From Candidatus Woesearchaeota archaeon (GTDB lineage: Archaea > Nanobdellota > Nanobdellia > Woesearchaeales > JAFGPW01), in the NCBI GenBank assembly GCA_016935985.1, contig JAFGPW010000004.1, positions 152,752 to 216,751 on the forward strand: 64,000 bases of DNA, read 5' to 3'. The notes beneath the pieces are model-generated. The model searched no databases and was not told the DNA's origin. It saw only the letters and a program-made list of their open reading frames with translations. This document shows, in pieces, positions 1 through 9,327 of the stretch (position 1 is the stretch's first letter; each line of letters begins with the position of its first letter). Both the position numbers and the translations under genes were made by a program.

Positions 1-921
1 AAGGTCTTCCGGCTGCAGCGGAGCGAGAGCCTCATCGTGGTGACCGACACGAAGCGCCGACGGCTCGCCGAGAAGTTCTTCGCGGTCGCGAAAGGAGCGA
101 CCCCGCACGCGGTGCTCGTCGAGATCCCTGAGCTCTCCCTCTCGGGCCAGGAGCCGCCGAGAGGGATCGCCGAGGCCATGGGAGGCTTCGACGCCGCGGT
201 CCTGATGACGACCGCCTCGCTCACCCACACCGTAGCCACCACGCTCGCCCGGAAGCGGGGCGCACGGATCGCATCCATGCCCGGCATCACCGAGACGATG
301 ATGAGGAGCGGCATCGTCACCGACCTCGTGCGCATCATCCGGACCAACCGCCGGCTCATGCCCTACCTATCCCGAGGGAAGACCATCACGATCACGGCGC
401 CAGGAGGCACTGACATCACGGCGTCGATCGCCGGCAGGAGGCCACATGCCGACGACGGCCTGCTGCATCGCAGGGGCGGGCTCATCAACATCCCGTCAGG
501 CGAGGTCTTCATCGCGCCGGTCGAGGGGACCGCGCACGGGCGGTACGTCGTCGACGCGACGATCGCCGGCGGCAGGGCGAAGTCGCTCAGCATCTCGGTC
601 GAGAGAGGGAGAGCGGCCGGCTTTTCCGGCGACCGGGCCCGCGAGGTCTCGGCGCTCTTCCGGCGACCGGAGCTCAAGAGGTACGGGAGAAGGGTTTACA
701 CCGTCGCCGAGATCGGCATCGGCACGAACCCGACGGCGCGGATCGTCGGCTCGACGCTGCAGGACGAGAAGGTTCTCGGGACCGCACACATCGCGCTCGG
801 CAAGAACACGGGCTTCGGCGGAAGGACCGAGGTGCCGGTGCACTACGACGGGGTGTTTAGGCGGCCTACGATCGCGATCGACGGCAGGGCTATCATGCAG
901 GACGGGCGGCTGCTCGTCTGA
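1..921 (+). CDS. Aminopeptidase, M29/thermophilic metalloprotease (leucyl aminopeptidase-like), 5'-truncated by window
   Basis: Frame open from base 1; motifs NIPSGEVFIAP, AEIGIGTNP, DEKVLGTAHIALG, HYDGV. Confidence 0.85.
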   Translation, partial: KVFRLQRSESLIVVTDTKRRRLAEKFFAVAKGATPHAVLVEIPELSLSGQEPPRGIAEAMGGFDAAVLMTTASLTHTVATTLARKRGARIASMPGITETMMRSGIVTDLVRIIRTNRRLMPYLSRGKTITITAPGGTDITASIAGRRPHADDGLLHRRGGLINIPSGEVFIAPVEGTAHGRYVVDATIAGGRAKSLSISVERGRAAGFSGDRAREVSALFRRPELKRYGRRVYTVAEIGIGTNPTARIVGSTLQDEKVLGTAHIALGKNTGFGGRTEVPVHYDGVFRRPTIAIDGRAIMQDGRLLV

Positions 922-953
922 TGCGCTCGCAAGGCTATCAGGAGTGATACCAT

Positions 954-1574
954 ATGGTCGACATCGAATGGATCGGACACGCATCGTTCAGGCTCGCCGG
1001 GAGCAAGGTCGTCTACATCGACCCGTATGAGATCGAGGAGACGAGGGAGGATGCGGACATCGTCCTCATCACGCACAGCCACTACGACCACTGCTCGCCC
1101 GGCGACATCGCGAAGGTGAGGAAGGGAGGAACGGCGATCATCGCCACCGCGGACTGCGCGGGCACGCTGAACGAGGATTTCACCGCGGTCGAGCCGGGAA
1201 GCGCGCTCGAGATCGAAGGCATCACGATCACTGCGGTCCCTGCCTACAACAGGGAGAAGCCCTTCCATCCGAAGAGGAAAAAGTGGGTCGGCTACGTCAT
1301 CGACATCGACGGCGAGCGCATCTACCACGCCGGCGACACAGACTTCATCCCCGAGATGAGGGAGCTGAAGAACGTCGACGTCGCGCTCGTCCCGATCGGC
1401 GGCGAGTACACCATGAACCCCGAGCAGGCGGCAGAGGCTGTCGCGAGCTTCAGGCCGCACAAGGCGATCCCCATGCACTGGGGCAAGATCATCGGCTCGC
1501 GGAACGACGCCCTGCGGTTCCAGAGCATCGCGACGGTGCCCGTCGAGATCCTCAGGAAGAACGACTTCCAGTAG
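954..1574 (+). CDS. Metallo-beta-lactamase fold hydrolase
   Basis: GHASF, THSHYDH, YHAGDT, PMHW motifs. Confidence 0.9.
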   Translation: MVDIEWIGHASFRLAGSKVVYIDPYEIEETREDADIVLITHSHYDHCSPGDIAKVRKGGTAIIATADCAGTLNEDFTAVEPGSALEIEGITITAVPAYNREKPFHPKRKKWVGYVIDIDGERIYHAGDTDFIPEMRELKNVDVALVPIGGEYTMNPEQAAEAVASFRPHKAIPMHWGKIIGSRNDALRFQSIATVPVEILRKNDFQ

Positions 1575-1613
1575 GGAGACTGAAGGGGACAGGATAGGAA
1601 GGCGCAGGAGCCT

Positions 1614-2288
1614 TCATTTCTTCGGCGGCGGCGCGGTCACCGCGCCCTTGATCGCGTTCGTCACGCGGGTGAGCTCGTTCACGTTCTCGGTGAAGGTCGG
1701 GAGCACCTTCGAGAAGACCTTCTCCATCGCCTTGAGCTCCGCCCCGATGTTGGTGATGTTCTGGTCGTACTCGCCGATGCGGCCGAGCACGCCCTTATGG
1801 AGCGCGTCGAACTCGGCGCGCATGTCCTTCATCTGCTGCTCGAGCTGGGCGATCTTCGCCTCGGTCTTGTTCTTCCACTCGATGATTTTGTTGATGTTCT
1901 TTACGAGCTCGTTCCACTTCTCGTCGATGATGGCCTCCGCGAGCTCCTCGATGCGCTCGACGTCGGTGCTGCCTGCCGAAGTGTAGGGCTGCTCCATGCC
2001 GCCTGCCTGGCCGTAGCCCTGCGACGCTGGCTGTGGGCTGAATATCATGGGATTCCCGGGGGCGGGATTGCTGAACTGGTCGGGTGGCATCTTCTCTACA
2101 CCTCCTTTTATGTCTGCCTGGTTGATCGCGTCGAAGACCTGCGTCTGGTTGTACCCCTCACGCTGGAGGGTCTGGATGATCTGGTTGTTCGAGAGCCCCT
2201 GCTGGCGCATCGCGACCACTGCCTCGAGCGGAAGCCCTGGCTGGAGCTGAGGAGCCGCCGTATTCCCATCCTTCTTCTTGCCGAACAT
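1614..2288 (-). CDS. Hypothetical coiled-coil protein
   Basis: 224-aa ORF with native codon style; Q/P-rich linker and C-terminal heptad helices. Confidence 0.7.
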   Translation of the reverse strand: MFGKKKDGNTAAPQLQPGLPLEAVVAMRQQGLSNNQIIQTLQREGYNQTQVFDAINQADIKGGVEKMPPDQFSNPAPGNPMIFSPQPASQGYGQAGGMEQPYTSAGSTDVERIEELAEAIIDEKWNELVKNINKIIEWKNKTEAKIAQLEQQMKDMRAEFDALHKGVLGRIGEYDQNITNIGAELKAMEKVFSKVLPTFTENVNELTRVTNAIKGAVTAPPPKK

Positions 2289-2368
2289 GGCGCATGCACC
2301 TCAGAACGCGAGCACGATACAGAGCCCTGAACGAACGTCCCGGGAGAGAATTCAGTCGTCCTTGGTTT

Positions 2369-2857
2369 TTAAAGCTTTCGCTTCAGGAGGGCGCTCTCGA
2401 CCTCCTGCTCGACGATCCGCTCGACCTCGCGTTGGGTCACGAAGTTTATCGGCTCCCACATCTCGATGTACTTCTTCAGGATAGTCACATTGTCCTTCTT
2501 CGCGCAGGTCCGTAGCTCCTGGATGATGACCTTCATCTTCTCGCGCAGGTCGATGATGTCGCGGCGCAGTTCCTGGATGTCGAGGTTCGCGGTCTTGATC
2601 TCGTCGAGCGCCGTCCGATGCTGGTTGATCATGTTCTGCTCGGTCACCTGGAGCTTGCGCTGGAGGTTGGTGTAGCGCTCCTCCATGATCCGCATCCTGC
2701 GCAACAGGTCGTTTATTGAGTTCAGGATCTCCGCGAGGTCAGGTCCGGGAGCGGGCTTGCCGCCGCCGAAGAGGCCGTGCTTCGCCGGCTGGGCGGGCGC
2801 CCCCTGCGAGGGCTCCATGCTCGGGAACGGCGGCGGAAGGTTGTCTGCCATGGGCAT
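2369..2857 (-). CDS. Hypothetical coiled-coil protein
   Basis: Pro-rich N-terminus then long heptad region; TATA-like TTTAAG ~25 nt upstream. Confidence 0.7.
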   Translation of the reverse strand: MPMADNLPPPFPSMEPSQGAPAQPAKHGLFGGGKPAPGPDLAEILNSINDLLRRMRIMEERYTNLQRKLQVTEQNMINQHRTALDEIKTANLDIQELRRDIIDLREKMKVIIQELRTCAKKDNVTILKKYIEMWEPINFVTQREVERIVEQEVESALLKRKL

Positions 2858-2968
2858 AACCAGGTCGAGAGACCTCTTAAAGTTTGTGTTAGCATATGGC
2901 AGTGGTAAGCATGGCCGGCAGACGACGGCACCGCAAGATTAAAGAGAAGGATCTGCCACGCCGTTTCC

Positions 2969-3634
2969 ATGCCGTTCTCCTGCCTCCACTGCGGCGCCTG
3001 CTGCGAGCTCCCCGAGACCCAGATCGCGGTCACCCTGGGGGACATCAGGCGGCTCTCGCGGCACATCGGGAAGCCAGTGGCAGAGCTCTTCAGGGAGCGC
3101 ATCGGCTTACGGCCGTTCGCTGTCGATGGTTCCTGCACGGTCTTTAAGACCGGTCTCGGCCTGAGGATACCCTGTGCGAGCAGGGAGGGCAGGCGGTGCG
3201 CCGTTTATCCTGCGCGGCCGCTCAACTGCCGGCTCTTCCCATTCCACCTGCTCGCTCGGATGAGCCAGGAGGAGCTCGATGCCTTCGACGACCCTGCTGT
3301 CCGCTGCATGCAGGGCATCTCGATCTCAGCGGAGGAAAGGGGGAAGTACCGCCGGTATGTCGAGCGTCTCGCCGATATCCTCGCGAGGGAGCAGGCGGCG
3401 ACCGAAGCTCTGCTCAAGGAGCACGGCCTTCTCAGGACGGTCGACATCACCACGCATGAGGACATCTCCCGGCTGTGCGCCGGAAGCGGCAGGGAGAGGG
3501 ACAGGGAGCTCGTCCGGCTCGCGGTCCGGATGATCGAGGGGCAGCCCCTGCCAGACCTGCCGTCACTCGTCGCGGAGGCGATCAGGCGTCATGCGAAGAC
3601 GCTCGCCGACACGCTCCCTCCTAATCCCATCTGA
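2969..3634 (+). CDS. YkgJ-family (CxxCxxCC) cysteine-cluster protein
   Basis: CLHCGACC and CAVYPARPLNCRLFPF motifs. Confidence 0.85.
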   Translation: MPFSCLHCGACCELPETQIAVTLGDIRRLSRHIGKPVAELFRERIGLRPFAVDGSCTVFKTGLGLRIPCASREGRRCAVYPARPLNCRLFPFHLLARMSQEELDAFDDPAVRCMQGISISAEERGKYRRYVERLADILAREQAATEALLKEHGLLRTVDITTHEDISRLCAGSGRERDRELVRLAVRMIEGQPLPDLPSLVAEAIRRHAKTLADTLPPNPI

Positions 3635-3666
3635 TCCCCTCCCGATGTGCGTCGCCGATAGAAATA

Positions 3667-3736
3667 TTTATAAATAACTAAATTAACATATCCTAGTAAA
3701 GGAGCTTAGTTTGATTAACTAACTTAACTAAGCTCC
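3667..3736 (+). promoter_or_regulatory. TATA box plus iterated TAAC(T) operator and 11-bp inverted repeat
   Basis: TTTATAAATA at 3667; GGAGCTTAGTT (3701-3711) and AACTAAGCTCC (3726-3736); several TAAC copies in an AT-rich island. Confidence 0.7.
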
Positions 3737-3756
3737 CGCGACGAGGCGCGATCGGC

Positions 3757-3891
3757 GTGGGACGCATCAACATCGAGCTCGAGGACGAGGTCCATCGGAA
3801 GATACGCGCGGTTTCTGCCCTCAAGGGCATCACGCTCATCGAGTACATCAACCAGGCGCTGAAAGAGAGTGTGGGACAGGAGAGGATTTGA
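3757..3891 (+). CDS. Ribbon-helix-helix DNA-binding protein, copy 1 (44 aa; not in ORF track)
   Basis: GTG start; MGRINIELEDEVHRKIRAVSALKGITLIEYINQALKESVGQERI has the RHH/ParG/CopG pattern. Confidence 0.8.
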   Translation: MGRINIELEDEVHRKIRAVSALKGITLIEYINQALKESVGQERI

Positions 3892-4026
3892 GTGGGACGC
3901 ATCAACATCGAGCTGGACGACGCGGTGCACCGCAAGGCGAAGGCCGTCTGCGCGCTCAGAGAGATCACGCTCATCGAGTTTGTCAACCAGGCGCTGAAAG
4001 AGAAGATCGCGAAGGAGAAGATATGA
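3892..4026 (+). CDS. Ribbon-helix-helix DNA-binding protein, copy 2 (44 aa; not in ORF track)
   Basis: MGRINIELDDAVHRKAKAVCALREITLIEFVNQALKEKIAKEKI; 135-bp tandem paralog; stop overlaps the ATPase ATG (ATGA). Confidence 0.8.
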   Translation: MGRINIELDDAVHRKAKAVCALREITLIEFVNQALKEKIAKEKI

Positions 4027-6317
4027 TGGCACTGTTCGGAAACAACCCGAAACCCGACTCGTATGAGATCGTCCGCGAGGGCGACGAGGACATCATGCGC
4101 ATCGACTATGAGGATGCGACGATACTCCCCTCTATCGAGGACAACCCCGTCGTGATGGGCAGGACGATCGACAAGCTGATGGAGTCGCCGAACGTCTCGA
4201 AGATCGTCTTCATCCAGAAGCGAGACTATGAGTACGACTTCGCCCAGACCCAGGTGCTCGCCGAGATCGCCCGCCTCTACAAGCAGCTGATCAAGCAGCG
4301 CGACCTCGTCGGCTACCAGGCGGTCGCCGGCGGCAGGGGACGGATGGCGGATGCGCGCTACACGCGCCTCCAGAACATCATCATGAACCTGATGAAGACT
4401 GACCCTGTCGGCGCCTACATCGAGCTCAAGCGCTTCGCGAGGAATGAGCGCATCGAGATGCAGAAGACAATCGAGACCGAGCACACCCGGCAGATGAACC
4501 GCTTCGTCCAGGTGCTCGACTACATCGTCGAGAAGCTCGAGGCGACGAGGCTCATCACGCTCGCGCGGCCGCACATCGCCGGCTATGAGGTGGGCGACCG
4601 CAGCGTCTACCGCAGGATCTTCACCCCGTTCATCAAGCCGGACTTCATGTTCACCAAGCTCATGTCGACCTACCCCGTCGACGCCGAGGAGATGGCGAAC
4701 TACACCGTCGGCGACGACATCGAGATTACGATCTTCAAGCAGCCGGACAACGTGCAGTACATCTACCATGTCATCCCGCCGGAGTTCAAGCTCGACGAGG
4801 ACAAGTACGAGCTGCTCGACATGGCGCGAAAGATCATGGCCGAGCACAAGCCCAAGAAGAGCGAGTTCGTGGACCCCAAGCGCATGCGCCAGGTGTTCTT
4901 CAACGTCGGCCACGACCTCCTCGAGGAGCTCGCCGATTACAAGAACATCCGCATGCGGGGCAAGGATCTCGACAAGCTCACGAACATCCTGGTCAGGTAC
5001 ACCGTCGGCTTCGGCCTCATCGAGGTGCTCCTCGCCGACGAGAAGATCCAGGACATCTCCATCAACTCACCCATGGGGAAGATCCCCATGTTCATCGTGC
5101 ATGGCGACTTCGACGACTGCACGACGAACATCGTGCCCACCCGCACCGAGGCGGAGAGCTGGGCGTCGAAACTCAGGCTCATTTCAGGCAGGCCCTTGGA
5201 CGAGGCTGATCCGATTCTGGACACCGAACTCGAACTCCCCGGAGCGTCCACACGCGTGTCAGTGATTGCTCCCCCACTCAATCCAACGGGCCTTGCCTAT
5301 TCTTTCCGGCGGCACCGCGACCGGCCGTGGACGCTGCCCCTCTTCATCAAGAACAGGACCATCAACGACCTCGCGGCGGGCCTCTACTCGTTCCTCATCG
5401 ACGGGACGAGGGCGATGCTGATCGCCGGCACCAGGAGCTCGGGCAAGACCTCGTTCCTCTCCGGGCTCCTCATCGAAATCATGCGGCGCTACAGGATGAT
5501 CACCATCGAGGACACGCTCGAGCTCCCCACGGGGTCCATGCGCGACCTCGGCTTCAACATCCAGCCGATGAAGGTCGCGAGCGCGCTCGCGCGCGGCGGC
5601 ACCGAGATGGACGCGACCGACGGCATCAGGTCGACGCTGCGCCTCGGCGACTCGGCACTGATCGTCGGCGAGGTGCGCAGCAAGGAGGCGGTGGCGCTCT
5701 ACGAGGCGATGCGGGTCGGCGCCGCCGCGAACGTCGTCGCCGGCACCATCCACTCCGACTCCCCCTACGGCGTCTTCGACCGCGTGGTGAACGACATAGG
5801 TGTGCCGAAGACGTCCTTCAAGGCGACCGACATCATCACCGTGGTGAACCCCATCAAGAGCGCGGACGGCATGCACAAGTTCCGCCGCGTCCTCTCCATC
5901 ACCGAGGTGCGCAAGTTCTGGAACGAGGATCCAGTGGCGGAAGGGGGCTTCGTCGACCTCATGAAGTACGACGCGCGGCAGGATACGCTCGTCCCCACCG
6001 ACGAACTCGTCAACGGCGATTCGGAGTGCCTCAAGACGATCGCGGGCAACGTCCGCGACTTCGCCGGCAACTGGGACGCGGTCTGGCAGAACATCCAGCT
6101 CCGCGCGAACATCAAGAAGGCGATCGTCGACGTCGCCGAGCAGTACAGCGACCCCGAGCTCCTCGAGGCCGAGTTCGTGATACGCTGCAACGACGCCTAC
6201 CACATCATCGCCGAGCGGGTGAAGGAGGAGACCGGCGTCTTCGACAACGACCGCATCTTCTACGAATGGATGGAGTGGCTGAAGCGGGACATCAAGAAGC
6301 GAAAGATGATAACGTGA
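4023..6317 (+). CDS. Type II/IV secretion (pilus assembly) ATPase, TadA/FlaI/VirB11 family
   Basis: Walker A GTRSSGKT, TIEDTLEL, IVGEVR, GTIHSDS; real start at MMALF (4023/4026). Confidence 0.9.
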   Translation: MMALFGNNPKPDSYEIVREGDEDIMRIDYEDATILPSIEDNPVVMGRTIDKLMESPNVSKIVFIQKRDYEYDFAQTQVLAEIARLYKQLIKQRDLVGYQAVAGGRGRMADARYTRLQNIIMNLMKTDPVGAYIELKRFARNERIEMQKTIETEHTRQMNRFVQVLDYIVEKLEATRLITLARPHIAGYEVGDRSVYRRIFTPFIKPDFMFTKLMSTYPVDAEEMANYTVGDDIEITIFKQPDNVQYIYHVIPPEFKLDEDKYELLDMARKIMAEHKPKKSEFVDPKRMRQVFFNVGHDLLEELADYKNIRMRGKDLDKLTNILVRYTVGFGLIEVLLADEKIQDISINSPMGKIPMFIVHGDFDDCTTNIVPTRTEAESWASKLRLISGRPLDEADPILDTELELPGASTRVSVIAPPLNPTGLAYSFRRHRDRPWTLPLFIKNRTINDLAAGLYSFLIDGTRAMLIAGTRSSGKTSFLSGLLIEIMRRYRMITIEDTLELPTGSMRDLGFNIQPMKVASALARGGTEMDATDGIRSTLRLGDSALIVGEVRSKEAVALYEAMRVGAAANVVAGTIHSDSPYGVFDRVVNDIGVPKTSFKATDIITVVNPIKSADGMHKFRRVLSITEVRKFWNEDPVAEGGFVDLMKYDARQDTLVPTDELVNGDSECLKTIAGNVRDFAGNWDAVWQNIQLRANIKKAIVDVAEQYSDPELLEAEFVIRCNDAYHIIAERVKEETGVFDNDRIFYEWMEWLKRDIKKRKMIT

Positions 6318-6373
6318 GCCCTGACAGCCGCGGACCGGCCGGCCGGGGAAGAAAAGAGAGGTGAGCGGGCGGC

Positions 6374-8614
6374 ATGCCTGAGATAGAGAGGAAGGAGATC
6401 GAGGATATCCTGAAGAAGTACCAGCGCAAGCTCGACGAGGATCTTGGCGAGGAGGAGGTGACCGCCGAAGTCAGGCCCGGGAGCTCCCGCGAGTACCGCC
6501 AGTTCAAGACCGAGATACTGCCGCCGCACATGACCGCCTATGAGACGCTGTGCAACCTCTCCGAGAGGATAATCAAGATACCCCCCGACAGGAGGAAGGA
6601 GGCGAGGCTCCTCGAGTCAATCGAGACCTGCCATCTCAACATCACGCCCACCGGCGTCACCACCTTCGCGATGGTCCTCCCGGTCCTCGTGCTCGTTCTC
6701 GGGTCCGGCATCTCCTTCCTCGTCTACGAGGAGGTCTTCTTCACCCTGTTCTTCGCGATTATCGCGGTCTCTCTCATCTTCCCGCTCTCGAACCTCCCTC
6801 ACACCCTCGCCGAGCGATGGCGGATGCGCGCCTCGAACGAGATGGTCCTCTCGATATTCTACATCGTGACGTACATGCGCCACACCTCGAACCTCGAGCG
6901 CGCCATCAACTTCGCGGCGGAGCACCTCAACGGCCCGCTCGCGCTCGACCTCAAGAAGGTCGTCTGGAACGTCGAGACCGAGAAGTACGAGTCGATCAAG
7001 GAGTCGCTCGACATGTACCTCGAGAGCTGGCGCAAGTACAACCTTGAGTTCATCGAGGCGTGCCACCTCATCGAGTCCTCGCTCTATGAGGGGTCGGAGG
7101 ACCGGCGCCTGCTGATGCTCGACAAGGCGCTCGCCGTCCTCCTCGAGGAGACGTACGAGAAGATGCTCCACTACGCGCAGAACCTCAAGAGCCCAATCAC
7201 GACGCTCCACATGCTGGGCATCATCCTGCCGGTGCTCGGCCTCGTCATCCTGCCGCTCGTCGTGAGCTTCATGGAGGGCGTCAGGTGGTACCACATCGCG
7301 ATGCTGTACGACGTCGCGCTCCCGGCGATCGTCTACTATATGGGGAAGAGCATCCTCGGGACGCGCCCCACCGGCTACGGCGAGGCGGACATATCGAAGC
7401 ACAGGCGCATGAAGAAGTACCGGGATATCCTCATCACCATCGCCGGCTTCGAGATCAGGCTCTCGCCGCTCTGGTTCGCTGTCATCATCTTCGCCGTGTT
7501 CTTCCTCCTCGGCCTCTCGCCCATCATGCTCAACGCGATGAACTGCAACTTCGACTACGTGGTCGCGTCGGAAGGCTCGAAGACCGTCTTCAAGACCGTC
7601 TTCTCCGACACGCCGCAGTGCGACGGCGTCGTCGAGCCGACGGCGACCTTCTACTTCCTCGGCTACCGCGAGGCCCAGAAGCCGGACGAGGAGTCAGGAG
7701 AGATACGGCCGATCGGCCCGTTCGGGTTCGGCGCCGCGGTCCTCTCGGTCTTCATCCCGGTGGCGCTGGGGATCGCCATTGGCTTCTATTACAAGAAGCG
7801 CTCGCAGAACCTGATCAAGATCAGGAAGGATGCCAAGCAGCTCGAGGACGAGTTCGCCTCAGCCCTCTTCCAGCTGGGCAACCGGCTCGGCGACGGGCTG
7901 CCTGCCGAGATCGCCTTCGACAAGGTGGCGGAGGTCATGGCCGACACCAAGTCCGGCGCGTTCTTCTCGATTGTCTCGGGCAACATCAAGAAGATGGGCG
8001 TCGGGGTCGAGCAGGCGATCTTCGACCCGCAGTTCGGGGCGATGAAGTACTACCCGTCGAACGTCATCGAGTCGAGCATGAAGGTGCTCATCGAGAGCAT
8101 CAAGAAAGGCCCGCAGATCGCGGCGCAGGCGCTCGTGAACGTATCGCAGTACATCAAGGAGATGCACCGCGTGGAGGAGCGGCTCAAGGACCTCCTCTCT
8201 GACATCATCTCGTCGATGAAGTCGCAGATCAGCTTCCTTACCCCAGTGATCGCAGGGATCGTCGTCGGCATCACGGCCATGGTCTCCGGCATCCTCGGCC
8301 AGCTCCAGATCCAGATGGCGCAGATCGCGGCCAAGACCGAAACCGGCGTGGGCTCGATCGTGTCGCTGTTCGGCGACGGGATCCCGACCTACTATTTCCA
8401 GGTCATCGTCGGCATCTATGTCGTCTCGCTCGTCTACATCCTGACCGTCATCACGAACGGCATCGAGAACGGGCAGGACAAGCTCAACGAGCGGTTCCTT
8501 CTCGGCAGGAACATGACCAAGAGCACGATGCTGTACACCGTCGTCTCGACGGTGATCATGCTGCTGTTCAACTTCATCTCCTCGCAGATACTCTCCGCGA
8601 CGCTCGCGCCATGA
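6374..8614 (+). CDS. Pilus/T2SS-F-type membrane platform protein (TadB/C, FlaJ-like)
   Basis: Multi-pass membrane protein with two cytoplasmic T2SSF-like domains, directly after the ATPase. Confidence 0.8.
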   Translation: MPEIERKEIEDILKKYQRKLDEDLGEEEVTAEVRPGSSREYRQFKTEILPPHMTAYETLCNLSERIIKIPPDRRKEARLLESIETCHLNITPTGVTTFAMVLPVLVLVLGSGISFLVYEEVFFTLFFAIIAVSLIFPLSNLPHTLAERWRMRASNEMVLSIFYIVTYMRHTSNLERAINFAAEHLNGPLALDLKKVVWNVETEKYESIKESLDMYLESWRKYNLEFIEACHLIESSLYEGSEDRRLLMLDKALAVLLEETYEKMLHYAQNLKSPITTLHMLGIILPVLGLVILPLVVSFMEGVRWYHIAMLYDVALPAIVYYMGKSILGTRPTGYGEADISKHRRMKKYRDILITIAGFEIRLSPLWFAVIIFAVFFLLGLSPIMLNAMNCNFDYVVASEGSKTVFKTVFSDTPQCDGVVEPTATFYFLGYREAQKPDEESGEIRPIGPFGFGAAVLSVFIPVALGIAIGFYYKKRSQNLIKIRKDAKQLEDEFASALFQLGNRLGDGLPAEIAFDKVAEVMADTKSGAFFSIVSGNIKKMGVGVEQAIFDPQFGAMKYYPSNVIESSMKVLIESIKKGPQIAAQALVNVSQYIKEMHRVEERLKDLLSDIISSMKSQISFLTPVIAGIVVGITAMVSGILGQLQIQMAQIAAKTETGVGSIVSLFGDGIPTYYFQVIVGIYVVSLVYILTVITNGIENGQDKLNERFLLGRNMTKSTMLYTVVSTVIMLLFNFISSQILSATLAP

Positions 8615-8739
8615 GCAGGGGACGGGCGGCGGCAGGACGATAAGGAGGAAGGGGGAAACGGGGATGAGAACCGACGGTTCCGTCCGTTGAGACCGAAGGC
8701 CGGCATGCGCAGCACGCAGCCGACCGAAGAAGAAGGGAG

Positions 8740-8813
8740 TGGGAACGCGGGGATTTGAACCCCGGACCCCTACGTCTTCAGCGTAGTGCTCTCCCAGTCT
8801 GAGCTACGTTCCC
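8740..8813 (-). tRNA. tRNA-Phe(GAA)
   Basis: Minus strand GGGAACGTAGCTCAG...CTACG-CTGAAGA-CGTAG...GTTCAAATC...CGTTCCCA. Confidence 0.95.
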
Positions 8814-8846
8814 GGAAAGATGGAAAAGGGGTGGAAAGGGCGAGGC

Positions 8847-9278
8847 CTAGTCCTCGTCGGGGTCGTCGATGTCCTCCTCCTCGAGGTCAATGCCAGCATC
8901 GTCGTCCGGACCCTCATCCGGTTCGTCGGCAGGCGCAGGCTTCGACGCAGGAGCAGGCTTCACCGCCGGCGCGCCGGGGAGCGTCTCCTGCGCCTCGAGC
9001 ACCTCGATCTGACCGAACTTGCCGGTGCCGAGCTGCTTCTCGCCCTGCCACTCGCTCACATAACCATTCGTGATATGGACCTTGCAGCCGGGCTTCACGC
9101 GATCGATGTCGTCGTTCCAGAGCGTGAGCTTTATCTCGCCCGTCTCGTCCTTCGCGGTCGCGTTCGCCACGCGGCCGCTCTTCCCGAACTTCGAAAACTC
9201 GCGCACCTGGCCGACATCGGTCACCTCGACGATGATGTCGACGTTGCCCTGGCGCGCCTCGAGATCCTTGATTGCCAT
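8847..9278 (-). CDS. ssb: Single OB-fold ssDNA-binding protein (RPA/SSB) with acidic tail
   Basis: DETGEIKLTLW and NGYV motifs; D/E-rich C-terminus. Confidence 0.85.
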   Translation of the reverse strand: MAIKDLEARQGNVDIIVEVTDVGQVREFSKFGKSGRVANATAKDETGEIKLTLWNDDIDRVKPGCKVHITNGYVSEWQGEKQLGTGKFGQIEVLEAQETLPGAPAVKPAPASKPAPADEPDEGPDDDAGIDLEEEDIDDPDED

Positions 9279-9327
9279 GGGTAATCCCTCCGTTTCTCGG
9301 CGATGGATTCGCTCATCATTTAAAAAA

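Noticed and set aside
3888..4022. N-terminal extension of the ATPase in the ORF track
   Set aside because: It is an alternate frame of RHH copy 2; the ATPase starts at 4023/4026.
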